A stretch of 64,000 nucleotides of DNA from an uncultured Clostridia bacterium (GTDB lineage Bacteria > Bacillota > Clostridia > TANB77 > CAG-508). Position 1 is the first letter of the stretch; each line of letters opens with the position of its first letter. Made by a program: the position numbers and the translations under genes. Below are positions 21,701 through 30,793 of this stretch, piece by piece. The stretch lies in the NCBI GenBank assembly GCA_963558395.1, contig CAUWGE010000002.1, positions 899-64,898 on the forward strand, in the 5' to 3' direction. The notes under the pieces were generated by a model. It was not told where the DNA came from. It did no database searches and saw only the letters and a list, made by a program, of their open reading frames with translations.

Positions 21701-22904
21701 CTATATCTTTTTCCGAAAATTTAGAAATTTGATAATCATAAAAAATATTTGCTTCTCCTGTACCATCCATATCATAAAAATGTGCATCAATAGAATCACC
21801 AATATTAGAAATTGGCTCCCAAGTAGATTCATAATCAATTTCAGCAGTGTTTTTATTATCTCTAGCATTTTGGTAAGATAGCACAAAATCATATAAGTTG
21901 TCACTTATATCACATGTTTGTTTTATATGTTCTAGTAGTTCTAAATATGGGTATTTTTGGTGTCTAAAGATTGAGGTCTGAATATTCGAGACCTTATTTA
22001 AAAATTCATTAAATTTAAGATTAAAATCAATATCTATTTTAAATGGAACTGTGCTTACAAACATTCCAGAAGTATTTTTTTCAGTAAAATTGCTTCTATT
22101 TAAAACTGGTGTACCTAAAATAGCAGTTTTTGTAGAGTTAATTTTGGCTAAATAAATTGAAAAAATTGCCATAAAAAATGTATAAATAGAGCATTTATTT
22201 TCTTTGCAATATTCTAAAATAGCGTCATAAAGACTTGCTTCAAAAAAACAAATTTTTCGTTTAGAAGCGGAATTACTATTATTTTTATTTTTAGATATAT
22301 AAGTCAGTTCTGGTAAGTTTTCAAAATTACTCTCCCAGAATTCCTTATCTTTTATGAATCTGTTACTTTTTTTATACTCATTGCATGAGGCAATATAGTT
22401 TGTATATAATGGCTTTTTCTCAAAGTTAGTATCATTATGCAAAAGTTTTGTATAAATATCTATGAAAGTTGAGATAAATAGACTCATGCTCCAAGCGTCG
22501 GTAATTAAATGATGAAATATTGGAATAATTCCACCTCTTCCATCAGAAAGAGTAAATAATTTGAATTTATATAAATCCTTATCAATGGTTTCGAAGGGTT
22601 CTGAAATAAGCCTTGTGGTTAAAGCTTTTAAATCATCAATATTATTAAGTGACACGACATCTAGTGTAAAGGGCTTATACTCGGTCAAAAATTGAACTGG
22701 TTTAGCATCTTTTATATCAAAGTGCATACAAGATATTTCAGTAGTTTGCACATAAAGATTTGAGGCCTTTTGCAAAAGAGGAATATTTACTTTTTCATTC
22801 AGTAATAAATATCCACCAATATTATTTATATTGGTACCACTATAAAAGACTTCAGAATTCCAAATGTTTTTTTGCTGGTCTGTTAACTCAAATAAAGAAT
22901 TCAT
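15702..22904 (-). CDS. bimodular NRPS C-A-T-C-A-T-R with terminal reductase
   Basis: HHLITDAWS and HHIICDG condensation motifs; two YTSGSTGKPKG A domains; GMDSL and GGDSL carrier motifs; GATGFLG and YxxxK reductase motifs. Confidence 0.95.
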   Translation of the reverse strand: MNSLFELTDQQKNIWNSEVFYSGTNINNIGGYLLLNEKVNIPLLQKASNLYVQTTEISCMHFDIKDAKPVQFLTEYKPFTLDVVSLNNIDDLKALTTRLISEPFETIDKDLYKFKLFTLSDGRGGIIPIFHHLITDAWSMSLFISTFIDIYTKLLHNDTNFEKKPLYTNYIASCNEYKKSNRFIKDKEFWESNFENLPELTYISKNKNNSNSASKRKICFFEASLYDAILEYCKENKCSIYTFFMAIFSIYLAKINSTKTAILGTPVLNRSNFTEKNTSGMFVSTVPFKIDIDFNLKFNEFLNKVSNIQTSIFRHQKYPYLELLEHIKQTCDISDNLYDFVLSYQNARDNKNTAEIDYESTWEPISNIGDSIDAHFYDMDGTGEANIFYDYQISKFSEKDIDLLHSRICEMAKFALQNPQISNIEVTSPEDNKIISDFNNTSFKYDKNTSLISLFSKVVKLNENSPAIIFKGAKLTFKELDEKSNQVANLLLNYGIEKQDSVGIMFNRSFDLLIAIWGVLKVGASYMLIDPSLPQDRVQYMLENASSKLVLTNLYINYPSINIEHRKQFSTCFSPADSSNDDRFCIIYTSGSTGKPKGVELKRIGIINMLNSYKQLLKTNDCKNFLSTSTVAFDMFIVENFVSILDGKTVVLADEEEQKIPAFTSKLIKENHVDFILSTPSKISLLLEEPDCLKDVKVIQLGGEVFKPSLYKRLRENTSAKIYNGYGPSECTACASNKKVKDDNITIGKPFLNTEIYIMNKFGNILPSGVCGEIVIKGDGVGKGYVNKFDFNGTYHTGDLGILSSDGELIYLGRQDNQIKLHGLRIELDEITSKIMQIPEVTNAISVIKKVNNIDCICSYIKADSKLDENYVKDFIARSLPKYMIPSHIMQLSIFPITLNGKIDTKNLPEIQIIHEHFVPCETDFEKKLENILKPILDTDKISATANIFDWGMDSLSVIRLVSEIYSTLNIKLNIQDIYNMPSIKELSSLLEEKNSSSYQKIVIKKHKEADSYPVSSAQRRIFYTVNMETESLAYNTPFGVKFRSKPDISKLEKCLAQILNMHDAFKTYFVLENNDVVQKLVKNIDFHLTVNEYDNENFIRPFDLSKAPLVHVELDHFDDSYLLKLDIHHIICDGTSISIFAKELCDLYNGNQILKSELDYIDYAVSETISEDDKLYWKEQFSAGIPLLNMPTEFERTNIKSEEGSNVYASLDKLSDISTLCKKYNITPYMFFLSCFYILLYKYTMQNDITVGSPVIGRNSPEISNVIGMFVNTLPLKQNIHSASRFSVFLEAVKKNCLNAFNHQTYPFDDLVKTLNVIRDPSRSPIFDVLFTYESGGRPSFSFDGEEVEYVIPENKTSKFDFSLEITPISSGYNFRLEYSTNLYSEKFMKTLLDCYFNIINSCLVNPDIQISKIQMLSKIPYIYPTLDYPRDFRVIDMFENQVKLTPNKIALVCKNEQYTYKELEVKINRLANKLRTFGKKDVIGIMMNRSNNLIISMLAILKSGAGYLPIDPTYPEERVSYIIENSGVDLILTENNLKDLIPTNYLLVDDKANYLPYSEFNTEQGPKDLAYLIYTSGSTGKPKGVMIKQYNVVNFIYGCLERMPLEGKTIVSITTMCFDIFVFESLLPLCTGMKVVMATNDEQNNPILLNELCLKNNVDVIQTTPSKFKLLINDELPYLKELKIVSLIGEPFPLELLKRIKELSDTEVYNMYGPTETTVGSTLKDLTNTNDITIGTPLANTHVLVLDNDMNFVPYYVPGTLYIGGDGVTLGYKNRPELTSEKFIKYNNEIIYNSGDLAKLLPNGELICLGRTDFQVKVRGLRIELGEIERAICSYEGISDAVVTVKTINNRELLCGYFVASGRVPYSTLKKALAKKLPNYMVPNYMLQLESFKYTPNGKIDRKALPDPVFKTAAIVRPKSELESKILNIWRDILSLEEISTEDNFFDIGGDSLSALKMQIELMKNNITVNYGDIFKNNTIHDLANFVENNSTTENLPTYTPKDFKKIDKLLKKNSAFGALKLKQKIIKNVLLVGATGFLGIHVLAELLKIDDIKIYCLIREDPSTSPENKLKRKFQYYFGSDLSNLFGTRLFVISGDITNDKFKVSNEIYNFLGKEVSSVINCAASVKHYGYYKDFEKINVTGAKNLVKFCEEFNKELYHTSTISVSGNTLTGVPSTFKLNKIISFGETNLFIKQPLDNVYVRSKFEAEKFILDEISSKKLKGVILRIGNITNRYSDGKFQENSNDNAFLNRLKAFIYLKEIPLSLLDKYVEFSPVDKIAESIVVCMKYYTSPMSVLHLYNSKHLFIQKFIEYLNNLGYDISVVDDFIFNRHLNNVLFNSSNSDKVSVLLNDLNKDKQLLYKTNLKITNTFTLKFLDKADFYWPEITKEYIEKILKNI

Positions 22905-23019
22905 TTTTTATACCTCTTGTATTATTAAATTTTAAACATATTATATATATTATTAATGCAAAATGCAATAATAAATGAACATTAAAGTAATAAATTTACG
23001 AGTAAAAGTCAAATATAGA

Positions 23020-23048
23020 TTGACTTAATTTACATAATGATATATAAT
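23020..23048 (+). promoter_or_regulatory. sigma-A promoter
   Basis: TTGACT-17bp-TATAAT. Confidence 0.65.
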
Positions 23049-23114
23049 TAAAGAGTAACTTGTAGACAAAAAAAGAGAGAAATCTCTGAACTATTATTTA
23101 AGAAAGGGACAATA

Positions 23115-23687
23115 ATGGACACTACAAACAAAAACTTAAATTCAAAAAGCCGCTATGAGTTAAAAATTGAAGGAGAAAATATTACGCTCCTTCAGATTCT
23201 TCCCGAAAAGAGGGAATATCCTTTAAAACGGGTAAGTAAAGAGCTCGTAAGAGCTCAGAGAAAAGAGAAAATTCCTTCCTTCATTTTGAAACTGGGAGAG
23301 GAGTTATATTACTCAGAAATAGCGAAAGACAGTGCTTTTTCGTCTACTGACCTCTTACAGAATCCGCATAAATGTGGAGAATGTGACAGAATGAACTGCT
23401 GTAGTGACGAATGCGGTGGATGCAAGAAGGTTCGAGACGGATGTTTTGGAATTGAAAACTATCCATTTATAATAAGAGGATATGAAACAATTTTTATTGA
23501 GTTTTCATGTTTTGTAGTTAGTGAATGTACTAACTACGAAAGACCAAAAAAGAAAAAGAAAACGCATTTCGACTGCAGATTTTTTTCACAAATTAACGAA
23601 AACACATGTGCATGCAGTAAAACAGGATTTAAGAAAAGAATTAATCCCAGTGAAAACTGCAAAAATTGTCCTGTATTAAATAAGTGA
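23115..23687 (+). CDS. Cys-rich orphan protein
   Basis: 190 aa with many CxxC motifs; own promoter and terminator. Confidence 0.6.
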   Translation: MDTTNKNLNSKSRYELKIEGENITLLQILPEKREYPLKRVSKELVRAQRKEKIPSFILKLGEELYYSEIAKDSAFSSTDLLQNPHKCGECDRMNCCSDECGGCKKVRDGCFGIENYPFIIRGYETIFIEFSCFVVSECTNYERPKKKKKTHFDCRFFSQINENTCACSKTGFKKRINPSENCKNCPVLNK

Positions 23688-23723
23688 GAAAAGGATCCTT
23701 GCCGTTTGGCAAGGGTCCTTTTC
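23688..23723 (+). terminator. intrinsic terminator
   Basis: GAAAAGGATCCTTGCC-GTTT-GGCAAGGGTCCTTTTC. Confidence 0.8.
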
Positions 23724-23845
23724 AGAATTAATATAAAAAATGCAAAATAAAAAGGCATCTTAGATATAAAATGAAGATAAAATATTGAAAAATATAAAAA
23801 ATTGGTATATTATACAATTAATAAAAAATAATGGAGGAAATATGT

Positions 23846-25588
23846 ATGAGTGAAGAATCAAACTTAATACCAAAAATGAATAATTATAGAGAAATATTAG
23901 AATATGTACAAAAAAATTATGCAGACAATATTGCATATAAATATAAAGAAAATATAATAAAAGATCCACCTAAATATATAGAAAAAAAATATAGTCAAGT
24001 AGTAAAAGATGTAAAAGCACTTGCAACTGCTCTTTTAGACCTGGGCTTTAAGGGAAAGAGGATCGCACTAATTGGTGAAAATAGATATGAGTGGTGCATT
24101 AGTTATTTAGCTGTTACTTGTGGAGGGATGGTAATTGCACCTATGGACAAGTTACTTCCAGATAAAGAAATAACATCTTTGGTAAAAAGAAGTGAAGTTG
24201 ATGCAGTTATTTATGAGAAAAAACATGAAGAACTATTCAAAAAATTAAAAAATGATGGAGAAATAAAGCTAAATACTATAATTTGTATAGATGCAGATGA
24301 AGATGATGAAGATCCAGCAGTAACAAAACTTGAAGATTTAATAAAAAAAGGAAGAAAATTAATAAAAGAAAAAAGTAAACTATATGATGAAGTAGAAATA
24401 GACAATGATGCAATGTCTATAATGCTATTTACATCTGGAACAACAGCAAATGCTAAAATTGTAATGTTATCACAAAATAATATTTGTTCTAATATATATG
24501 CATATCAAAATCACTTTAAAATAAAAGAAGATGACACTTTGTTATCATTTTTACCAATACATCATACCTTTGAAAGCAGTATAACAATATTATATGGATT
24601 TTATAGTGGAGCTACAATTGCATTTTGTGATGGTTTAAGATATATTCAAACAAATTTAAAGGAATATGAAGTATCAATATTTGTTGCTGTACCTTTAGTT
24701 TTAGAAACAATGTATAAAAAAATAAAAAAGGGAATACAAGACCAAGGAAAAACAAAATTAATAGAGACTGTAACTAAAATATCAAATACATTATTAAAAG
24801 CTCATATTGATTTAAGAAAGGTACTTTTCAAAAAAATTACTGATAACTTTGGTGGAAAACTTAGAATGGTACTTTATGGAGCAGCATCTTTAGATAAAGA
24901 TACAATTATAGGATTAAATAATTTTGGAATAAATTCAATTCAAGGCTATGGATTAACTGAAACATCACCTGTACTTACAGCAGAATCAGAAGAAAAGCAT
25001 TGTCCTGGTTCAATAGGATATCCTTTGGACAATGTTGAAATAAAAATTCATAATCCAGATAATGGGGGCGTTGGAGAAATATATGCTAAAGGACCAAACA
25101 TTATGCTAGGATATTATGGAGACGAGAAGAAAACAAAAGAGACTTTTGATGACGGATGGTTTAAAACAGGAGATTATGGATATATAAATAGGGATGGATT
25201 CGTATTTGTAACAGGAAGAAAAAATGATATTATAGTACTTAAAAATGGAAAGAATGTGTATCCACAAGAAATAGAAACATTGATTGCAAAATTACCATAT
25301 GTAGCAGAGTGCATGGTATTTTCAAGAGAAGCAAATTCAACAGATACAATGCTTGTTGCAAAAATTGTATACAATAAAGAAGAGATGGAAAAAGATTATC
25401 CAGATAAAAAAGGAGATTATGAGAAAATAATTTGGAAAGACATAAAAGAAATAAATAAGACATTACCAACTTTTAAGCATATTAAAAAAATCATTGTAAC
25501 AGATAAGCCAATGATAAAGACAACTACACAAAAGGTTAAAAGATATGAAGAAATAAGAAAAACAGAAAGAGAAATGGATAAAGCTTAA
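23846..25588 (+). CDS. long-chain fatty acid-CoA ligase (AMP-binding)
   Basis: FTSGTT, QGYGLTE, GWFKTGD, GRK motifs; ATG 23846 follows GGAGG. Confidence 0.88.
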   Translation: MSEESNLIPKMNNYREILEYVQKNYADNIAYKYKENIIKDPPKYIEKKYSQVVKDVKALATALLDLGFKGKRIALIGENRYEWCISYLAVTCGGMVIAPMDKLLPDKEITSLVKRSEVDAVIYEKKHEELFKKLKNDGEIKLNTIICIDADEDDEDPAVTKLEDLIKKGRKLIKEKSKLYDEVEIDNDAMSIMLFTSGTTANAKIVMLSQNNICSNIYAYQNHFKIKEDDTLLSFLPIHHTFESSITILYGFYSGATIAFCDGLRYIQTNLKEYEVSIFVAVPLVLETMYKKIKKGIQDQGKTKLIETVTKISNTLLKAHIDLRKVLFKKITDNFGGKLRMVLYGAASLDKDTIIGLNNFGINSIQGYGLTETSPVLTAESEEKHCPGSIGYPLDNVEIKIHNPDNGGVGEIYAKGPNIMLGYYGDEKKTKETFDDGWFKTGDYGYINRDGFVFVTGRKNDIIVLKNGKNVYPQEIETLIAKLPYVAECMVFSREANSTDTMLVAKIVYNKEEMEKDYPDKKGDYEKIIWKDIKEINKTLPTFKHIKKIIVTDKPMIKTTTQKVKRYEEIRKTEREMDKA

Positions 25589-25735
25589 TAAAAAATTAAG
25601 GGAAAGTTAAAGTAAAAATAAAAAGTATTAGTTATAATATGCTTAGAAAAAACGCTAAAAGGATAATCTTTTAAAATAAAGAAACACATTTGCTAATTGT
25701 GATTGCTTTTAGCTAAAGAGGAAAGGAAAATTAAT

Positions 25736-26785
25736 ATGGAAAAAAAGAAAATAGGAGTAGTATTTGGAGGATGTAGTCCAGAACATAATGTGTCTTTAGA
25801 AAGTGCATATAGTGTGATAACAAATATAAATAGAGAAAAATATGATATAGTATTAATAGGAATAACAGAGGATGGAAATTGGTATAAATTTAATGGTAAT
25901 GCAGAAGAAATAAAAAATAATACATGGGAAAATGGAGACTGTGAGAAAGCGATTTTATCATGTAATAGAGAAGACAAGGGAATAATCTGTTTTAAAAATG
26001 GTAATTGTGAAAAAATAAAATTAGATGCAATTTTTCCAGTATTACACGGAGAAAATGGAGAAGATGGGTCTATTCAAGGATTAATCAAATTAGCCGGAAT
26101 ACCTTTAATTGGATGTGGAATTTTAGCCTCAAGTGTAGGAATGGATAAATATGTATCACATAAATTAGTAGAAAGCTATGGAATAAAAGTTGCAAAAAAT
26201 ATAACAATAGACAAAAGTGCTACTGAAAATGAAATTAAGGAAAAAATAAAAGAGTTAGGATATCCTGTATTTGTAAAACCAATGAGGGCAGGTTCATCAT
26301 TTGGAATTACTAAAGTAGAAAGAGAAGAACAAATAGCAAAAGCCTTAGAAGAAGCATTCAAATATGATACAGAAGTTATTATTGAAGAAAACATAGACGG
26401 AAATGAAATTGGGTGTGCTGTGCTTGGAAATGAAAAACTAACAGTTGGAGAAGTGGATGAAATAGAATTGAGTGATGGATTTTTTGATTTTACAGAAAAG
26501 TATACACTGAAAACATCTAAAATTTACGTTCCAGCAAGAATAAGTGAGGAAAAGGCAATAGAAGCAAAAGAAATTGCAAAGAAAATATATAAAATATTAA
26601 AATGTAAAGACTTTGCAAGAGTAGATATGTTTTTAAGCAAAAATGGAGAAATATATTTTAATGAAATAAACTCAATACCAGGATTTACATCACACAGTAG
26701 ATATCCTAGTATGATGAAGGAAGTAGGACTAGACTTTAGTAGCCTTATAGAAAAACTTATAGAAATGAATATACAAAAAAATTAA
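25736..26785 (+). CDS. vanG: VanG-like D-Ala-D-Ser/D-Ala-D-Ala ligase
   Basis: FPVLHGENGEDG, KPMRAGSSFG, DEIELSDGFFDFTEKYTLK omega loop, PGFTSHSRYP; recalled similarity to VanG. Confidence 0.72.
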   Translation: MEKKKIGVVFGGCSPEHNVSLESAYSVITNINREKYDIVLIGITEDGNWYKFNGNAEEIKNNTWENGDCEKAILSCNREDKGIICFKNGNCEKIKLDAIFPVLHGENGEDGSIQGLIKLAGIPLIGCGILASSVGMDKYVSHKLVESYGIKVAKNITIDKSATENEIKEKIKELGYPVFVKPMRAGSSFGITKVEREEQIAKALEEAFKYDTEVIIEENIDGNEIGCAVLGNEKLTVGEVDEIELSDGFFDFTEKYTLKTSKIYVPARISEEKAIEAKEIAKKIYKILKCKDFARVDMFLSKNGEIYFNEINSIPGFTSHSRYPSMMKEVGLDFSSLIEKLIEMNIQKN

Positions 26786-26859
26786 ATTAAAAGTATAATA
26801 ATAGGGAGGGAAATGAATACCTCCCTAAGATTTATTATTTATAACATATAATCTAAAGT

Positions 26860-27984
26860 ATGGAAAGGAAGTTTAGAATGAAAGATAGAGTGTGGGTAGA
26901 AATCAGTAAAGAAAACTTAGAAAACAATATAAATGAAATAAGAAAAATAATGCCTACAAAAGCGAAAATGATGGCTGTTGTAAAAGCAAACGCATATGGC
27001 CATGGAATAATAAATATATCAAAAATGTTAAACAAACTTAATGTAAAGAATTTTGCAGTAGCAACACTTGACGAAGCAATTACATTAAAGAAAAATAAAA
27101 TTAGAGGAAATATACTAATTTTAGGATATACAGACTTTAGTAGAATTAATGAAGTAATTAGATATAATCTAATTCAAACAATTGTAGATGAGGAATATGC
27201 AGAAAAAATAGACAAAATGGAACTAAAAGACAAACTAAGATGCCATGTAAAGATAAATACAGGAATGAATAGAATCGGGGAAGGATTCTGCAACATAGAT
27301 GAACTAGAAAAAATATATAAAATGAAAAATTTAAGTCCAGAAGGTATATTCTCACATTTATGTGTTTCAGATAGTATGAAAGAAGATGACATAAAATTTA
27401 CAAAAGCTCAAATAGACAAATTCTTTTATGCAACGAGGCACCTAGAAGCAAGAGAAATAAATGTAGGAAAAAAACACATACAAGCAAGTTATGGAATAAT
27501 AAACTACCAAGACTTAAAATGTGATTATGTAAGGCCAGGGATAATAATGTATGGTGTACATAGTGGAGAAATAATGAATCCAATAAACTTAAAACCAGTA
27601 TTAAAATTAAAAGCAAGAATTGCAAGTGTAAAAGAAATTGGTGAAGAAGAATATGTGAGTTATGGAAGAACATATAAAGCAACTGAAAAAAGAAAAATAG
27701 CAACCATTACTATTGGATACGCAGATGGATATCCAAGAAGTTTATCAAGTAAAGGAGCAAAAGTTTTAATAAACGGAAAATATGCAACTATAATAGGCAG
27801 AATATGTATGGACCAATGTATAGCCGATGTTACAGACATAGAGAATGTAAAACAAGGAGATGAAGTAACACTAATAGGAGAAGAAAAAGAAATTTCAGCA
27901 GAAAATGTAGCAAATTTAGCTGGGACGATTGCAAATGAATTACTTTGTAGATTAGGTCCTAGAATAAAAATTGTAGAGGTATAG
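26860..27984 (+). CDS. PLP alanine/serine racemase resembling the VanT catalytic domain
   Basis: AVVKANAYGHG, HIQASYG, GYADG, GRICMDQ; no membrane domain. Confidence 0.8.
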   Translation: MERKFRMKDRVWVEISKENLENNINEIRKIMPTKAKMMAVVKANAYGHGIINISKMLNKLNVKNFAVATLDEAITLKKNKIRGNILILGYTDFSRINEVIRYNLIQTIVDEEYAEKIDKMELKDKLRCHVKINTGMNRIGEGFCNIDELEKIYKMKNLSPEGIFSHLCVSDSMKEDDIKFTKAQIDKFFYATRHLEAREINVGKKHIQASYGIINYQDLKCDYVRPGIIMYGVHSGEIMNPINLKPVLKLKARIASVKEIGEEEYVSYGRTYKATEKRKIATITIGYADGYPRSLSSKGAKVLINGKYATIIGRICMDQCIADVTDIENVKQGDEVTLIGEEKEISAENVANLAGTIANELLCRLGPRIKIVEV

Positions 27985-28165
27985 AAAGTATTGAAATATA
28001 GGTGCCGTATAAATATGAGCATGTATAGATATGGGATTTATAGTGTTTGAAATTATATAGATATTGGAAACGTAGCAATTGTTAGAAATAAAATATACAC
28101 TTGTAAGTTTTATGTAAATATGGTATAATCAAAGAATCTTATATTTTGGAAAAGGAGGAAAATCC

Positions 28166-28735
28166 ATGAAAGAGGTAAACCGGAAATTAACAAAAGTATC
28201 AAGGATAGTAATGGAAAAGAAAAATGTATTTATAATTCTTTTCTCAATAGTCTTAGGAATATTCCTAATTGATATTCGAAAGAAGCATAATTGTGAGATA
28301 AGTATATGGCAACTATTAATGTTGTATATTGTAATCATAGTTACTATAAGTATTTGTTGCAGGATTATAGAACATATAAGAACATGGCATATAATAAATA
28401 AAAGTGATGTAATAATAGTGGAAGATGTAAGTGTGTTAGACCTAATCTGGGCAATGAAAGACTTCTTAAAAGATACCGTTATATTGCTTCCGAAAAATGG
28501 TCGTGTGGTGGATAAAAATCCAAAAGATGTATTTAGTGAAGCTGGATATGAACCATATAGGGGGTTTGTGAAAGAAGCGGTGCAAAATATTAACAGCTAT
28601 CAAATGCCAATACTCATAATTATGAAAAAACGGGAAAAACTTAAAATGGATTGGAACAATCTATCTCATGTGTATATACGAAAGATAGATAAAAGAGAGT
28701 GGAAGAATGTATTGAAAAAGGCATATTACCACTGA
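28166..28735 (+). CDS. orphan membrane protein
   Basis: AGGAGG RBS, two TM helices, followed by a hairpin. Confidence 0.6.
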   Translation: MKEVNRKLTKVSRIVMEKKNVFIILFSIVLGIFLIDIRKKHNCEISIWQLLMLYIVIIVTISICCRIIEHIRTWHIINKSDVIIVEDVSVLDLIWAMKDFLKDTVILLPKNGRVVDKNPKDVFSEAGYEPYRGFVKEAVQNINSYQMPILIIMKKREKLKMDWNNLSHVYIRKIDKREWKNVLKKAYYH

Positions 28736-28874
28736 GTTTTCAAAAAAAGAGAATATAGGGGCTGCTTTATCCAGATTTCTGGGTAAGCAAGCCTTCTTTT
28801 TATAGAATAATAATAAAGATATATTTCAAAAGCTTATAAAATTAATAAAATATTAAACTTTTACTTTGCTTGTA

Positions 28875-28903
28875 TTGAAATTATTTAAAAATCAGTGTAT
28901 AAT
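28875..28903 (+). promoter_or_regulatory. sigma-A promoter of tRNA-Arg
   Basis: TTGAAA-17bp-TATAAT, 8 nt before the tRNA. Confidence 0.65.
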
Positions 28904-28911
28904 ATACTCAT

Positions 28912-28988
<77 letters not shown>

Positions 28989-29001
28989 AGTTAAAATAGA
29001 T

Positions 29002-29051
29002 AAATAAATCCTTGTAATTACTGAAATACCAGCATTGCAAGGATTTGTTTT
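29002..29051 (+). terminator. terminator after tRNA-Arg
   Basis: AAATAAATCCTTG...CAAGGATTTGTTT inverted repeat. Confidence 0.65.
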
Positions 29052-29247
29052 ATAAGTAATGCAAATTTTCTAACTAAAATAATGTACTCATGGCATTTTT
29101 GTTGGCAAGATTTGTTCTTTTCCTTTGAAGCATATCATGAAATAAAATTATAAAGGAAAAAGTATTTACAACAAATTTAAATTGGTATATAATGTAAATA
29201 ATTAATTCAATAAATTTTATCTAAACATCCCCAAAAGAAAGGAATAA

Positions 29248-30785
29248 ATGTTATCAATAATAAAAAGTATGGCACTACTTGGACTAAATGGATATCTTGT
29301 AGATATCCAAATAGATGTGTCACAAGGCCTTCCGTACTTTGGCATTGTTGGGCTTCCAGACACAAGTGTAAAGGAGGCAAAAGAAAGAGTAAAAGCAGCT
29401 ATAAAAAATTCAGGTTATGAAATTTTAAATAGAAAAATTATAGTAAATTTAGCACCAGCAGATAGAAAGAAGGAAGGTTCATTATTCGATTTGCCAATTG
29501 CAGTAGGAATACTTGCCTGTAATAAAATTGTAGAATATAGAATGTTAAAAGATACAATTATTATAGGAGAACTTTCTTTAGATGGAAGAATAAACAAAAT
29601 AAATGGAGCATTGCCAATATGTATAGAGGCTAGAAAACTAAATGCCAAAAGAATAATTTTACCAGTAGAAAATGCTAAAGAAGCATCAGTTGTTCAGGGA
29701 ATAAAAGTGATAGGTGTAAAGACACTAAAAGAGGCAATAAAATACTTGAGAAATGAAATAATAATAGAAGAAAATAAAAACAATATAGAAGAACTCCTTA
29801 AAGTGAAAAATAATTATGCACTTGACTTTTCAGAAGTAAAAGGACAAGAAAATATAAAAAGAGCAATAGAAATTGCAGCGGCAGGAGGGCATAATTTGCT
29901 TATGATAGGTAGTGCACGGAAGTGGAAAAACAATGCTTGCTAAAAGAATACCTACAATACTTCCTAAAATGACAGTAGAAGAAGCTTTAGAAACAACAAA
30001 AATTCACAGTATAGCAGGAAACATTCAGAAAAATGAATCAATAATGATAGAAAGACCATTTAGGGCGCCACACCATACAATATCTACAACAGCATTAATA
30101 GGAGGAGGAAATATTCCTAAACCGGGAGAGATAAGCTTAGCACATAATGGAGTGTTATTTTTAGATGAACTTCCAGAGTTTAATAGAAATTCTCTAGAGG
30201 TATTAAGAGGACCACTAGAGGATAAAAATGTTACAATAAGTAGACTATATGCAAGTCTAACATATCCATGTAATTTTATGTTAGTTGCATCCATGAATCC
30301 ATGTCCATGCGGATTTTACGGCTGTGAAGATAAGAAGTGCACATGTTCTAAAACAGATATAAATAATTATATGGGAAGAATAAGTGGACCATTGCTTGAT
30401 AGAATAGATATTCAAATTGAAGTAGGACATCTAAAATATGATGAGCTAAACAGTATAAGAAATATAGAAAATTCAGAAACTATACGGAATAAGGGTTAAC
30501 AAAGCAAGAACACTACAACAAGAAAGGTACAAAGATGAAAATCTTTATTCTAATTCTCAGTTAACACCAAAGCTTATAGAAAAATATTGTAAGATAGAAG
30601 GGAAAGCTAAGGAGATTTTAGAAATAGCATTTTCTAAATTAGGTCTTTCTGCTAGAGCATATAATAAAATCCTAAAAGTAGCAAGAACAATAGCTGACTT
30701 AGAACAAGAGAATAATATTAAAGAAAAGCATATAGCAGAGGCAATTCAATATAGAAGTTTAGATAAAAAATACTGGAATCATTAA
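29248..30785 (+). CDS. comM: ComM/YifB Mg-chelatase-like AAA+ ATPase with two +1 frame changes at CGG 29917 and 30485
   Basis: VGLPD, NLAPAD, GELSLDG, restored Walker [36 protein letters not shown]-terminal [19 protein letters not shown]; joined length 511 aa. Confidence 0.9.
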
Positions 30786-30793
30786 AAAAGAAG

